A DNA stretch of 63,855 nucleotides, filler included, from Chiloscyllium plagiosum (lineage: Eukaryota), in assembly GCF_004010195.1 (NCBI RefSeq). It is 3 parts of one record of this genome, joined end to end, with 100 filler letters (N's around TTAATTAATTAA, not from the genome) between each part and the next. Parts side by side here need not be neighbours in the genome. Positions count along the whole stretch, not along the records: positions 1 to 30,437 come from NC_057710.1; 2 more parts are not named here. One strand, written 5' to 3'. The translations under genes and the position numbers were made by a program. The notes beneath the pieces are model-generated. The model worked only from the letters and a program-made list of their open reading frames with translations, searched no databases and had not been told where the DNA came from. Positions 13,416 to 26,248 of the stretch are shown piece after piece (the stretch's first letter is position 1; every line of letters begins with the position of its first letter).

Positions 13416-14247
13416 TTTTATATGGTTGATTCTTAATGTCTTACAAATGGGCAATGTTTTGCTAGCATAGCTCTTCATTAAAAGGAAATACCCAAACTAA
13501 GAGATTCCCACTAGCAAGACTCTTTCACACACCGAGTGATCCCTGCTCCATATAAAATTCTTGACGCCAAACTCTGCCGCACAAGTCACTGCTACCATGC
13601 CAATTGCACATTTTCAGCCTCAACGTGACATTTTTAATTCAAATATCACTAAAGGACAGTCATGCCAGAGACCAACCACACCACAGTACGGCATTCCTGA
13701 GTGCTACAATCCACCAAACACAAGTCCTTTCAACAAGTCAACAATGGGTAGTTCTACACTAGAAAGGGGATTGCCACTCTCATGCCACGTACCACCAGCG
13801 TGTCTAGGATAGTGCATGTAAAGTGTGATTCTGAGAGTATGACATGTCAAGTAGTTGTTTCACTCCTCTGTAAGACAGCTCTCCCATATGTTAGTGTGGA
13901 GGATTTGCAAGTTTGACGAAGCAGTGTTTTCCATAAGACATAGGAACAGATGTAGGCCATTCAACCCTTCCAATCTGCTCCACCATTCCATTAAATCCTG
14001 GCTGATCTGATCATCGGCAACTCCACCATCCTGCTTTTACCCTAGAAAGCTTGATTCCCTTATTAAGTATATTCAAGGCCGAGAGTTTTAAAGACTTAGC
14101 TTCTGCAGCCTTCTGTGGTAACGAATTCCACAGATTTACAATCCTCAGACAAAAACTCCTCCTCATATCTTAAATAGATGACCCCTTTTTGAGATGATGC
14201 CCTCTGGTCCTAAACTCTCCCACAAGGGCAAACAACCTTTCAACATC

Positions 14248-15090
14248 TAGAACATAGAACATAGAACAATACAGCACAGAACAGGCCCTTCGGCCCACGA
14301 TGTTGTGCTGAACTTCTAACCTAGATTAAGTACCCATCCATGTACCTGTCCAAATGCCGCTTAAAGGTCGCCAATGATTCCGACTCCACCACTCCCACGG
14401 GCAGCGCATTCCATGCCCCCACCACTCTCTGGGTAAAGAACCTCCAACTCCAGCTCCAGTTCTCTTACACGGTCTTGGAGGAGCTGGAGATGGGTGCACT
14501 TCCTGCAAGTGTAATCAGCAGGGACGACCATGGCATCCCTCACTTCAAACATGTTGCAAGAGGAACATTGCACTGCCTTCACTGCCATCCCTCTAAAAGT
14601 AACCTTTTTTAAAAAAAAACTAGGTAGAAAGAATAGAACAAGCAAAATGCAGCACTTGCCTACTTACCACAACGGGCCTTATTATTGGGTTAGAGGCAGA
14701 GGGCGGTGGGAGGCACTACCTCAGTAGTGCCTCGGGTTCCTCTCCTGCGCGCTTTTATACTCGCTGCTTTCCTTCCCGGCTGCCCCTCTGGTCCTCGTCA
14801 CTTCCCCCGCTGCTCCCGGTCCTTCTGGGAAAGGGAAAACACCGCTACCGGTAAGTAATTTTTTTTTTAAAAAACTGCCTTACCTTAGCTGCAGTGTTCT
14901 GGCTTCGTCTTGCCTCCGCTGCTGCTCGCACTCAAAGTGGCCGTTTGCGTCGAAGGGTGAGTATTTATACTCACTGCTTTCCTTCCCGGCTGCCCCTCTG
15001 GTCCTCGTCACTTCCCCCGCTGCTCCCGCTCCTCCTTAACTGCAGTGTTCCGGCTTCTTCTTGCCTCCGCTGCTGCTCGCACTCAAAATG
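14248..15090 (-). mobile_element. Internally deleted CR1: GC-rich 5' UTR plus ORF1 zinc-finger N-terminus fused to the 3' end
   Basis: (TAGAACA)n tail at 14248; junction ~14443; ORF1-like MAVKAVQCSSCNMFEV...YTCRKC...LQDRVRELELE; CpG-rich leader with duplicated blocks. Confidence 0.75.
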
Positions 15091-15169
15091 AGACCAAATT
15101 CGTCAGCTAAATTTGCGATGATACCAACATTGTTTGAGATCTGACCTACATTATCGAGACAGACACAGA

Positions 15170-15350
15170 AAAAGATTGAGCGCTGAGCGGCAGGGTGTAA
15201 AGACAACAATGGCTCCATCAACATCAGCAAAATGAAGGAACTGAACATTGACTTCAGGAAGCAGAGTAGGGATCACACCCGGTCTGCGTCAATGGTACTG
15301 AGGTCGAGATGGTGGAGAGTATCAAGTTCCTGGGAGTCATGATCACTAAC
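15170..15350 (+). mobile_element. Rex1/Babar-like RT remnant
   Basis: Translates to ...NISKMKELNIDFRK and VESIKFLGV, matching the recalled Rex1 motifs KTKELVIDFR and VESFKFLG. Confidence 0.55.
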
Positions 15351-15357
15351 AGACCTC

Positions 15358-16167
15358 TGTTACGACATGGCAGTGAACCCTTCTATTAATTCAACCAAAT
15401 ACCCAGAAAAGCTCACCTCTGTTAAAGTATGAGTGACAGAGAACTCCCAAATTCCACTATTTAAAAAAAATCAACTTATTCTTGAGCTTTAAAAGTAAAC
15501 ATTAAACAACAACTATTCACAATTCTAAGCCTCCCTTTCTCTTAACTGCTTATTATCTGCCTCCAATATACTGTTCCAATAAAACAATATACTGTTCCAC
15601 TTGTTAATATTACATCAAATTAATTTCAAACCTATCACGGCTGTCATCTTCGTTGACTGTCTTCTTCTGGCTGAAGATCTTCCTGGGTCGTTGTCTTCCT
15701 TTTTACTGCGAATATGTTTGATATGAACAGGTACCTTTTGATAGTGTTTCCTAATTTCTTGGATCTGTGTTGACAGTTGCTCTGTCTGCTTTTTAAAATG
15801 CCTGTCTTTTTTACATCCCCAACATTGGATCGTCTCATTTGTTCAATGTTGGCTGTTTCTGCCTTTGTTGTTTCCAGTGCTTAGATTGAGGCCAGGTAGT
15901 TGTTCAATGTTGGCAAAACAATAAATTCAAACTCAATTGGATTTAGTATCCTGGGGCATCATTTAAACTGGTTAAATTCGAATTGTTGTCATAAGATAAT
16001 TGAGCTGGTTGATCTATTTCACAGCCAAATGTTACATATTTTCAATTTCCCAGTACACTCTGAGACTGCTATCTTGTCATATCACAGGTGCTTGTAAGCT
16101 CTCAGTGCAGAACAGCATTCACTTTCTCTTAAAGGTACAGTACATACCTTCAACTTCAATATTAACA
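15358..16167. mobile_element. Possible solo LTR
   Basis: ~810-bp block bounded by TGTTA...TAACA that abruptly interrupts the Rex1 remnant; no TSD found. Confidence 0.3.
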
Positions 16168-16348
16168 TTTGAGAGGTATTATGATCTGCAGGGGTGTGGA
16201 GGTGAGAGTAATAAGTCTGATATGTTTAAGTGATCTGTCAACCAGTGTGGTGAATCTTTAGTTGAAGAAAAAAAAAGACATATTAGAAGTGGTATTGTTA
16301 TATTTGTTTTGAGGTTTTCTTATTTTCATCATTATTTTCTCTGATAAG

Positions 16349-16399
16349 GTTGAAGATGCTGAGGTGAAACTTTCTGAAGAAGCACAACGAACAATAAAG
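16349..16399 (+). CDS. DNAAF9: Internal coding exon A (VEDAEVKLSEEAQRTIK) of DNAAF9/C20orf194
   Basis: Pyrimidine tract then AG at 16347-16348; donor GTAGGT at 16400; 51 nt, phase 0/0. Peptide resembles the recalled human segment VEDNEVKLSEKTQQAVR and splices in frame to the next exon. Confidence 0.85.
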
Positions 16400-18137
16400 G
16401 TAGGTGCACAAACTGGAATTTTTTAAAAAAATTAAGATTTATGTTCTTCATAACTTATAATAAATTTGCCCCATGTCAGTGCTTAATTTGTTGTTGGGAG
16501 AAATGCTCTGGGAGTTCAAATTTATACATTAGAACATGAATAAGAGAGGGAAATTTTGAGATATTATGATCTGATTGGGTAGTTATAGTTCCAGATCTGC
16601 ATATTGGTTTTGAAATATTACATGGCTTTACCAGTGCACATTCAGTATTTTACAATTTATAAGTTTGAAACTGTGCTTTGCTTCAGTGGCCAATGTGTGT
16701 CAGAAAATATCTGAATAAATTTATTTGGTTTGTCCAATGTTATAATATTTTAAAATATCCTTTATTGTCTTGTAAAACTTTTCCCTGTACTTGAGTAACA
16801 CAATGTGGCCTCTTCTGGCGCCATCACAGGTACAAAATTATCGAGGTTTAAATCTAAGGTACAAAAAGAGAAATGAGAAACAAAAGTAGTTCATTATTTT
16901 AGTGATTTATAGCATAAGTTAGAAATAAGACATAGTTAAAAGGAAAGACCATTACAGTCAGATAAACATTTACATTGTAATAGCTCAGCGCAGAGACTTT
17001 CACATGTGGTCTGACCATGAGTCATGTAAGTCCATGTTAGTATTGTGCAAATTAGATTGAAAGGTGTGTGATCTTTTACGTTTTCATTACCAGATATGAC
17101 AGTTTTGAATGCCAAGTAATTTATTTTATAATTACCTGATTGGGCCAATTGTTTCATCTTGTTTATTCTCATTTTCTGATTAGTTATTCGTAAGTTCGAC
17201 AGAATTTCTTTCCCCAGAATCTATCCTTTCCAGTGACATTTGTCCAGTGAAATAGTAATGTTAATTAAATGTATTACTAATAAATTGCCCTATTCTATTC
17301 CCTCAAAATCAGTTACCACATCAATTCCTTGTCCAGACCAGTATTAACCACTTAAAGAAAATGTTTGCCATGGAATACACAATTCCAAATATATCCATGA
17401 TCTGAGATTGTAAATAGTGACCATCTTTCCATAGACCGTCTCTTCTTACATCATGCCCTGAGGTCATTCAAGCACTGTCCTTGAGGACATTCTTCCACTT
17501 CAAACATTCCAATATGGATTTGCATACCTATCAGAGGTGGGGCATGTGGTGTTTGAAGAGGGAGATCTTTTAAGTGGTTTGGGGGAGGCAATGGCCTTCT
17601 GGTATTATCACGAGACTACTGATTCAGAATTTCCAGTAATGTTCTGGGAATGTGGATTTGAAACCCATCGTGGCAGAGTCTAATGATGACCATAAAACCA
17701 CGTCAGTTGTTAGAAAAGTCCATCTGAAAGACTAATGTCCCTCAGGGAAGGAAATCCACCATCCTTATCCAGTCTATCCTACATGTGACTCCAGACCTAT
17801 AGCAATGTAGTGACTCTTATTGGTGTCTGAAATGGCCCTACAAGCAATTCCGTTGTATCAATTGCTACAAACTTTCAAAAATAAATGAAACTGGATGGAC
17901 TGCTCATCCTCAATCTAAGCAGTGGAAATGACAAAGGCAGAAACAGCCCTGTCAACCCTGCAAGGGTCTCCTTTAGAACATTGAGTGACTAGTGCTGAAA
18001 TTGGGAGAGTTGTCAGAGACTAGTCAACCAACAGCCTGATTATAGTCATACTCATGAAATCATACTCTATGGACAAAGTCTCAGGCAGCACTTTCTCTGA
18101 ATATGACCCAGCAGAGGTGGCAGCACAGTGTCATATA

Positions 18138-19890
18138 AACATAGAAATGTACAGCATGGAAACAGACCCTTTGGTCCAACCTGTCCATGCCGACCAGATA
18201 ACCCAATCCACATCTAAGGCCACCTGCCAGCACTTGGCCCATATCCCTTCAAACCCTTCCTATTCATATACCCATCCAAATGCCTTTTAAATGTTGCAAT
18301 TGTACCAGCCTCCACCACTTCCTCTGGCAGCTTATTCCATACACCTTCCACCCTCTGTGTGAAAAAGTTGCCCCTTATGTCTCTCTTATATCTTTCCCCT
18401 CTCACCCTAAACCTATGCCCTCTAGTTCTGGACTCCCTGACCCCAGGGAAAAGACTTTGTCAATTTATCTTATTTATGCCCCTCATGATTTTGTAAACCG
18501 CTATAAGGTCACCCCTCAGCACCTCTCATTTATCTGAATTAAACTCCATCTGCCACTTCTCAGCCCTTTGGCCCATCTGGTCAAGATCCTGTTGAAATCT
18601 GAGGTAGTCTTCTTTGCTGTCCAGCACACCTACAATTTGGGTGTCATCTGCAAACTTACTAACTGTACCTCTTATGCTTACATCCAAAGCATTTATGTAA
18701 ATGACAAAAATTAGAGGACCCAACACCAATCTTTGTGGCACTCCACTAGTCACAGGCCTCCAGTCTGAAAAGCAACCCTCCACCACCACCACCCTCTGTC
18801 TTCTGCCTTTGAGCCAGTTCTGTATCCAAATGGCTAGTTCTCCCTGTATTCCGTGAGATCTAACCTGACTAACCAGTCTCCTATGGGGAACCTTGTCGAA
18901 CACCTTACTGAAGTCCATATAGATCACATCTACTGCTCTGCCCTCCTCAGTCTTCTTTGTTACTTCCTCAAAAAACTCAATGAAGTTTGTAAGACATGAT
19001 TTCCCATGCTCAAAGCTATGTTGACTATCCTTATTCAGTCCTTGCCTTTCCAAGTACATGTACATCCTGTCCCTCCGGATTCCCTCCAACAACTTGCCCA
19101 CCACTGACGTCAGGTTCACTGGTTTATAGTTCCCTGGCTTGTCCTTACCACTCTTCTTAAACTGTGGCACCATGTTAGCCAACCTCCAGTCTTCCAGCAC
19201 CTCACCTGTGACTATCGATGATACAAATATCTCAGCAAGAGGCAAAGCAATTATTTCTCTAGCTTCCCACAGAGTTCTTGGGTACACCTGATCAGGTCCT
19301 GGGGATTTATCCATTTTTATGCGTTTTGAGACATCCACCGCTTCCTTCTCTGTAATATGGACATTTTGCAAGGTGTCACCATCCATTTCCTTACATTCTA
19401 TATCTTCCATGTCCTTTTTCACAGTAAATACTGATGTAACATACTTGTTTAATATCTCCCCCATTTTCTGCGGTTCCACACATAGGCCACCTTGCTGATC
19501 TTTGAGGGGCCCTATTCTCTCCCTAAGTTACCCTTTTGTCCTTAATGTATTTGTAAAAACCCTTTGGATTCTCCTTAATTCTATTTGCCAAAGCTATCTC
19601 GTGTCCCCTTTTTGCCCTCCTGATTTCCCTCTTAAGTATACTCCTACTTCCTTTATACTCTTCTAAGGATTCACTCGATCTATCCTGTCTATATCTGACA
19701 TATGCTTCCTTCCTTTTCTTAACCAAACCCTCAATTTCTTTAGTCATCCAGCATTCCCTATACCTACCAGCCTTTCCTTTCACCCTAACAGGAATATGCT
19801 TCCTCTGGGTTCTCGTTATGTCATTACTTCAGGCTTCCCTTTCTAGCCGTTCCTTTCCCTGCGAACATCTACCCCCAATCGGCTTTTGAA
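18138..19890 (-). mobile_element. CR1 LINE insertion with a 317-aa open RT stretch (internally deleted near the 3' end)
   Basis: ORF 18526-19479 has KSPGPD, PGNYKPV, DFSKVFDKVPH, SGVPQ and KFADDT; imperfect TSD AGTGTCATATA (18127-18137) / AGTGTTATATA (19891-19901). Confidence 0.9.
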
Positions 19891-21445
19891 AGTGTTATAT
19901 AGTTGGGAGAGAGTTCTCCTGTGAGTCCTCAACATTGACTCTGGACACCATGAATTTCCATGGCATTAGGTCAAACATGGATAAGGAAACCAATTACTGT
20001 CGTCCTAACTGATGAATCAATATTCTGTACTCTTCAATGTGGAACAACACTTGGATGAAGTATTAAGGGTGGCAAAAGCACAATGTATTCTCAGTAGAAG
20101 GATTTCCTTGTCCACTATCAAGAGTGACTCAGTAGCAACACTACTGATCGAGCTGGTGTCATCCTGAAGGACGTAGCTTTAAGACTGGTTCTACGACAGA
20201 TGGTGAGGGATCCAACGAGGGATAAACATACTTGACCTCATCCTTACCTGTCTGTTGTAGATGCATCTGTCTGTGAAAGTGACCACTTTTGGAGATGAAG
20301 TCTGCCTTCACATTGAGAATAACCTCCGTTGTGTTTGATTTGACTTATTATTGTCACATGTACCTCGATACACTGCAAAGCTTTTTTTGGTTCTGTGTGC
20401 AGTATAGGTGCATCTTAGCATACAAAGTGCATTAGGGTAATAGAACAAGAGTGAAGAATACAATATGCATCTTTGCTGCAGCCGTAACAGAGTGAGATCC
20501 ACATTAAATTTAAATGTTGTGTGGCACGATCACTGTATCAAATGGGAAAGACTTCAAACAGATCTAGCAACTCAAGAACTGGGCATTTATGAGGCATTGA
20601 GGGTTATCAGCGACAGTAGAGTCATACTCCAATACAATTTGCAACCTTGTGGCTCACTGTATCTCCCATTCACCCATTACCATCAGCCAGGTGATCAGTC
20701 TTGCTTCAGGTATGCCTGGTGCCAGGAGCAGCACCAGGCATACCTAAAAATGAGCTGTCAACCTGGTGAAGTTATAAAACAGACTACATGCTTGCCAAAT
20801 AAAAATGCGATAGAGACCGCTAAGTGATCCCACAACCAATGGATCAGATCTAAACTCTGCAGTCCTGCCACATTCAGTTGTGAATGGAAATGGCCAACTA
20901 AACCACTCCAGTATAAATATTCCATCCTCAACGATGGGAGAGACTAGCACATCAGTGCAAAGATTTGCATTTGTGAATCATCGAGAAGCATTCACAACTA
21001 TCTTTTTGTCAGAAGTGCCTGTGAATAATCCATCTTGGCCTCCTCCAGAAAACCCCAGCATCACCGGGTGCCAGTTTTCAGCAAATTCAATTCACTGCAC
21101 GTGATATCAAGAAACAGTTGGAGGCACAGGACACTGCAATATTCTGCCAATCATACTCTTGTTCCCTAGCAGACCCTAGTCAAGCTGTTCCGGTAAGGTT
21201 GCAATACTGGTGTGGATAATTTCTTAGGTATGTCCTGTATGCAAACGTAAGGATAAATCCAATCTGGCCAACTAATACCCCCTCAGTCTATTCTTTATCA
21301 TCAGAAAAGTGATGGAAGGTGTCATCAACAGTGCTATCAAGCAGCATTTGCTCAGCAACAATTAGTTTGGATTCCGCCAGGTCTACTGAGCTCCTGACCC
21401 CATTACAGCCTTGGTTCAAACCTGGACAAAAGAACTAATTTTTTT

Positions 21446-23722
21446 TTGTCCAGTGTGTACAGAAGGGTTTTTCTGACACAGTATGTCGAAGGGCCGACAA
21501 GCGGGGAAGCCACACTGGATCTGGTGCTTGGTAATGAACCCGACCAGGTATTTGATTTAGTTGTAGGTGACCACTTTGGAGAGAGTGACCATAATTCAGT
21601 TACGTTTAGTTTAGCGATGGAAAGGGATAGGTGCATGCCGCAGATCAAGAGTTATCGATGGGGCAAGGACAATTATAATCAGATTAGGCAAGAATTAGGA
21701 TGCATAGAATGGAGTAGCAAAATGCAGGGGATGCAGACAATGGAAATGTGGAGCTGGTTTAAGGAACAGATACTGCATGTCCTTGATAGGTATGTCCCTG
21801 TCAGGCAGGGAGGAAGTGATAAGGTAAAGGAACCGAGGTTTACAACAGAAATTGCCTCTCTTGTTACAAAGAAGAAAGAGCCTTATGTATTGGTGAGGCA
21901 AGATGGTTCAGTTGAGGTGATGGAGAGTTACAGATCAGCTAGGAAGGATTTAACAAGAGAGTTGAGAAGAGCAAAGAGAGGACACGAGCAGTATTTAGCA
22001 AATAAAATAAAGGAGAACCCTAAAGCTTTCTCTTGGTATGTGAGGAATAAAAGGATGATTAGGTTAGGAATAGGGCCAGTCAAAGACAGAAGTGGGAAGT
22101 TGAGTGTGGACCCTTTGGAGATCGGAGAGATGCTAAACGAACATTTCTCATTGGTGTTCACTCAGGAAAAGGAGAATGTTATAGAGGAGAAGAATAAGGT
22201 ACGAGATATTAGACTAGAAAGGATCAAGATTAGTTATGAACAGGTGTTCTCAATTCTAGAAGGAGTGAAAGTAGACCCGGCCCAGGGGACTTATGAGATT
22301 TATCCGAGGATTCTCTGGGAAGCTCGGGAGGTGACAGCAGAGCCTTTGGCTTTGATATTTGAGTTGTCATTGTCTATAGGTTTGGTACCAGAGGACTGGA
22401 GGATTGCAAATGTTGTGCCCTTGTTCAAGAGGGCAATAGGGATGAGTCAGGTAATTATAGACCAGTGAGCCTTACTTCTGTTGTAGGAAAGGTTTTGGAA
22501 AGGATTATAAGAGATAAGATTTATAATCATCCATCAAGCAACAATTTGATTTCAGATAGTCAACATGGTTTCATCAACCTCATTGAGTTTTTTGAGAAGG
22601 TTACCAAGCATGTAGATGATGGTAGGGCAGTAAAGCCTTAGATAAGGTTCCACATGGTAGGCTGTTGGAGAAAATGCAGAGGCATGGAATTGAGGGTGAT
22701 TTAACAGTGTGGATTAGAAACTGGCTTTCTGAAAGAAGGCACCGAGTGGTTGATGGAAAATATTCAGCCTGGAGTCCGGTTACTAGTTTTGTGCCATAAG
22801 GATTTGTTATGTGACCACTGCTGTTTGTCATTTTCATAAATGACTTAGATGCAGGCATAGGTGGATGGATTAGTAAATTTTCAGACAAGTGGACAGTGGA
22901 AGAATGTTACAGGTTGCAGGGGGACTTGGATAAACTGCAGAATTGGACTGAGAGGTGGCAAATGGAGTTCAATGCAGCTAAATGTGAGGTGATGCACTTT
23001 GGGAAGAATGAGTCAATGGGAAAATTCTTGGTAGTGTGGATGTGCAGAGGGATCTTGGAGTCCATGTACATAGATCCCTGAAAGTTGCCACCAAGTTGGA
23101 TAGTGCTGTTAAGAAGGCATACGGAATGTTGGGTTTCATTGGCAGAGGGATTGAGTTCCAGAGCCGCAATATCATGCTGCAACTATACAAAACGCCGGTG
23201 CGGCCACACTTGGAATATTGTGTACAGTTCTAGTCCCCATATTTCAGGAAGGATGTGAAAGCATTGGAAAAGATGCAGAGGAGATTTACCAGGATGTTGC
23301 CTGGTCTGGAGGGAAGGTCTTATGAGGAAAGGCTGAGAGACTTGGGTCTGTTGTCATTGGATGAAGAGGGGATTTGATAGAGACATACAAGATGATCAGA
23401 GGATTAGACAGAGTAAACAGTGAAAGTCTTTTTCCTAAGATGATGACGTCAGCATGTATGAGAGGGCATAACTACAAATTGAGGGGTGATAGATTTAAGA
23501 CAGATGTCAGAGGCAGGCTCTTTACACAGAGTGGTCAGGGCGTGGAGTGCCCTGTCTACTAATGTAGTCAACTCAGCCACATTAGGGAGATTTGAACAAT
23601 CCTTGGATAAGCACATGGATGATTTTGGGATAGTGTTGGGGGGCGAGCTGAGATTAGTTCACAGGTCGGCACAACATCGAGGGCTGAAGGGCCTGTTCTG
23701 CGTTGTATTGTTCTATGTTCTC
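21446..23722 (+). mobile_element. 5'-truncated CR1 LINE
   Basis: ORF 21446-22468 (ATLDLVL, SDHN, PEDWRIANVVPLFK), then frameshifted RT and TTCTATGTTCT tail. Confidence 0.9.
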
Positions 23723-24765
23723 TTTCCACAGGTTAGGTGAGAGCAACTATCCTTGACATCAAGGCTGCATTTGACTGAGGAGTCTAAGCAAAACTAGAAT
23801 CAGTGGGATTCATAGGGCAGCTTGGCATTTCGGAAGATGGTTGTAGTTTTGAAAGTCAGTCAACTCAGCTCCAAGATATCTCTGCAGGAGTTCCTCAGGC
23901 TGAGGTTCGAGGCCTAACTATCTTGAGCTGCTTCATCAGGATCGTCTCTCCATCATAAGTTGCTCTGTTCGTTTTCTGGAATCTGTCCTGTCTGTCTCTG
24001 TCCCCTTCAGCCCACAGAAAGTCTCGTGTTCTTTCAGGTTTCCACTATATTTTGCCAACACTTGGGAGTCTGCAGGTCTTTTGCGTCTGGCTGTGATCTT
24101 GCATTGACGTTCTGGCCTCCACCTAGTGGTAGAAGTTGGTCTGTGCAGGTATATCTCGATTTCAGTTGCAACTGCACCAACTAGCATGTGCCACAAGATG
24201 GTGCATGATTAATTTAATTGAGTACAAATACTTTAGAAATGAAGTTTCAAAATATGGAAATACAATAAATGTTTTATTATAAAGGCTATTTTAGTCATTA
24301 AAGAAGATTTTAAGAAATGTATACCATTTCATCCAAGGCCCTGAAATATCTAAATTTATTGTCTATTGTATCAAATCATATTTGTTTAATGATTTTTTAT
24401 TTTTCTTCCATTGTGCTATTTAAAACCAGTTTCTTTTACATTTAATTGTGCAAGTTACTTCAGCGAAGAATACACAGCACTGCATGCATATAGTAGTGTT
24501 TCAACCCATACGTTGCTTTTTTTTTAAGGCAGGAAATGTCCATTTAGAATCTTGATTTTAAGGAACATGTTTGCAAATTTGTGTGAGTGCATATGCTGCC
24601 CTTGCTGTATGTGCCTGTTTAAACCTACATATGTTATGTAACTTATCATCTTTGTAGTGCATTTGAATGGAGTTACTTTGTCAATAATACTGTAGGTCTG
24701 ACCTGTAGTTTTGAGATGAAACAAAGGGTTTAAGAGAGTATTGTAAAATTCTGTTTTTTTTTCAG

Positions 24766-24853
24766 GCTGAAGAAAGTTTTTTGGGAAATATTCTTGCAAG
24801 TGGAGATTCTGTCTACCTTTGTTCTGGTAGTTCAGCATCCAGACCAGAAGAAG
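24766..24853 (+). CDS. DNAAF9: Internal coding exon B (AEESFLGNILASGDSVYLCSGSSASRPEE+G) of DNAAF9/C20orf194
   Basis: Poly-T tract and CAG acceptor; donor GTAACT at 24854; 88 nt, phase 0/1. Resembles the recalled human segment [30 protein letters not shown]. Confidence 0.88.
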
Positions 24854-26248
24854 GTAACTTAATTCATCTATTGGATCATATTGTATTTGACTCATTGAAT
24901 AGAATCATACAATGGCCACTCCATCTAACCTGCACATCTTTGGACTGTGGGAGGAAACTGGAGCACCTGGCTAAAACCCACAAGTGTAAACTCCGCACAA
25001 ATAGTCACCCAAGGCTGGAATCGAACCCTTGTCCCCGTATGACTCGATGACTATAAAACCTCAATGAAGTTCTGACTTTCTTCTCTTTTCAATAGCAAGA
25101 GGTTTAAGTGGCAAGCCATATCCGTAAATCTTAACATTGAAAGTGTCCTTGGAATAGAGAATTGAAAGGTTGTTTGTTGCCTCGTCTTGATGGCTGTCTG
25201 TCCTAGTTGCTGATACTGGAGATTATGCATAATGAAATTGGCATTATTTGTGAACAGTGAATGTATGTGCATCCTAACCTGGATCAAATCTGTTTATCCA
25301 CCTATCGTTGTTTGGTGACCTAAACAGGTTTCTGTTCTAGCTTTGCTTTACATTTAAAATTCTCTAATATCCAAGCTGCTTATGGCTCTTTGCAAGGGCT
25401 ACTAAACAGCCAGCTATTCATTGCCCATCCTTAATTGCCCTTAACTGACTAGTTTATCACACCACTTCAGAGGGAAGTTAAGAGTCAGCCATATTACTGT
25501 GAGCTTGGAGTCATATGTAGGCCATACCAGGCAAGGATGAAAGTTTTTATACTTTTCTGTATATTAGTGAACCAAAGGAACAAGTTTGACATTTGGTGTT
25601 GGCTCTGTAGTCATCATCATGACACTGTGGTTACTGACCTCATTTCATCTGGTGAACCCCTCCCCCGCTTCACCCCATCCAACAGCCTTCAAGCTGATAG
25701 TCCCCCAGCTCTGCACAACTTGCTTCTTACCTCATTCTGAAAATTCACTAACAGGACTACTCTGGCAGACCTATTGTGTTTGCCTGCTCCTGTCCCACAG
25801 AACTCATCTGTTCCGAGCTTGACTTGAGTCATTTCTCTCCGGTCTAGTCCCTGTCCACTTCAGTCCTCTATTCTTCTAACAATGCATGTCAGTTTTGGAC
25901 TTTCCAATTTGCAGGCTTCAGCCGCCTCCTTTTTACCATGAGCATGCAATCCCTTCATGCATCTATCCCCCACAAGGATGAGACCATAAGATACAGAAAC
26001 AAAAGTTAGGCCATTCAGCCAATGAGTCTGCAGCGCCATTCAATCAAGACTGATATGTTTCTCAACCCCATTCTCCCACTTTCTTCTGTAACCCTTGATC
26101 CCCCGATACTCAAGAACCTAACTATCTCCATCTTAAATATACTCGATGACCTGGCCTCCACAGCCTTCTGTGACAATGAATTCCACAGATTAACTGCTCT
26201 TTGGCTAAAGAGGTTTCTGCTTACCTCCATTCTAAAAGATCTTCCCTT

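Larger units (their letters stand above)
17580..23936 (+). mobile_element. Old LINE (clade unresolved) with tRNA-like 5' head, split by two CR1 insertions
   Basis: Segments ~17580-18137, ~19891-21440 and ~23725-23936 carry decayed endonuclease (QQPD..IL.ES) and RT motifs (IRKVMEGVIN, LDIKAAFD, GVPQ). Confidence 0.6.

Noticed and set aside
18526..22468. 317-aa and 340-aa ORFs as host or domesticated genes
   Set aside because: Both are partial CR1 ORF2 stretches bounded by frameshifts within truncated copies.
24113..24131. CTCF-like motif (CCACTAGGTGGAGG on minus)
   Set aside because: Single imperfect match inside what looks like a decayed LINE; expected by chance in 64 kb.
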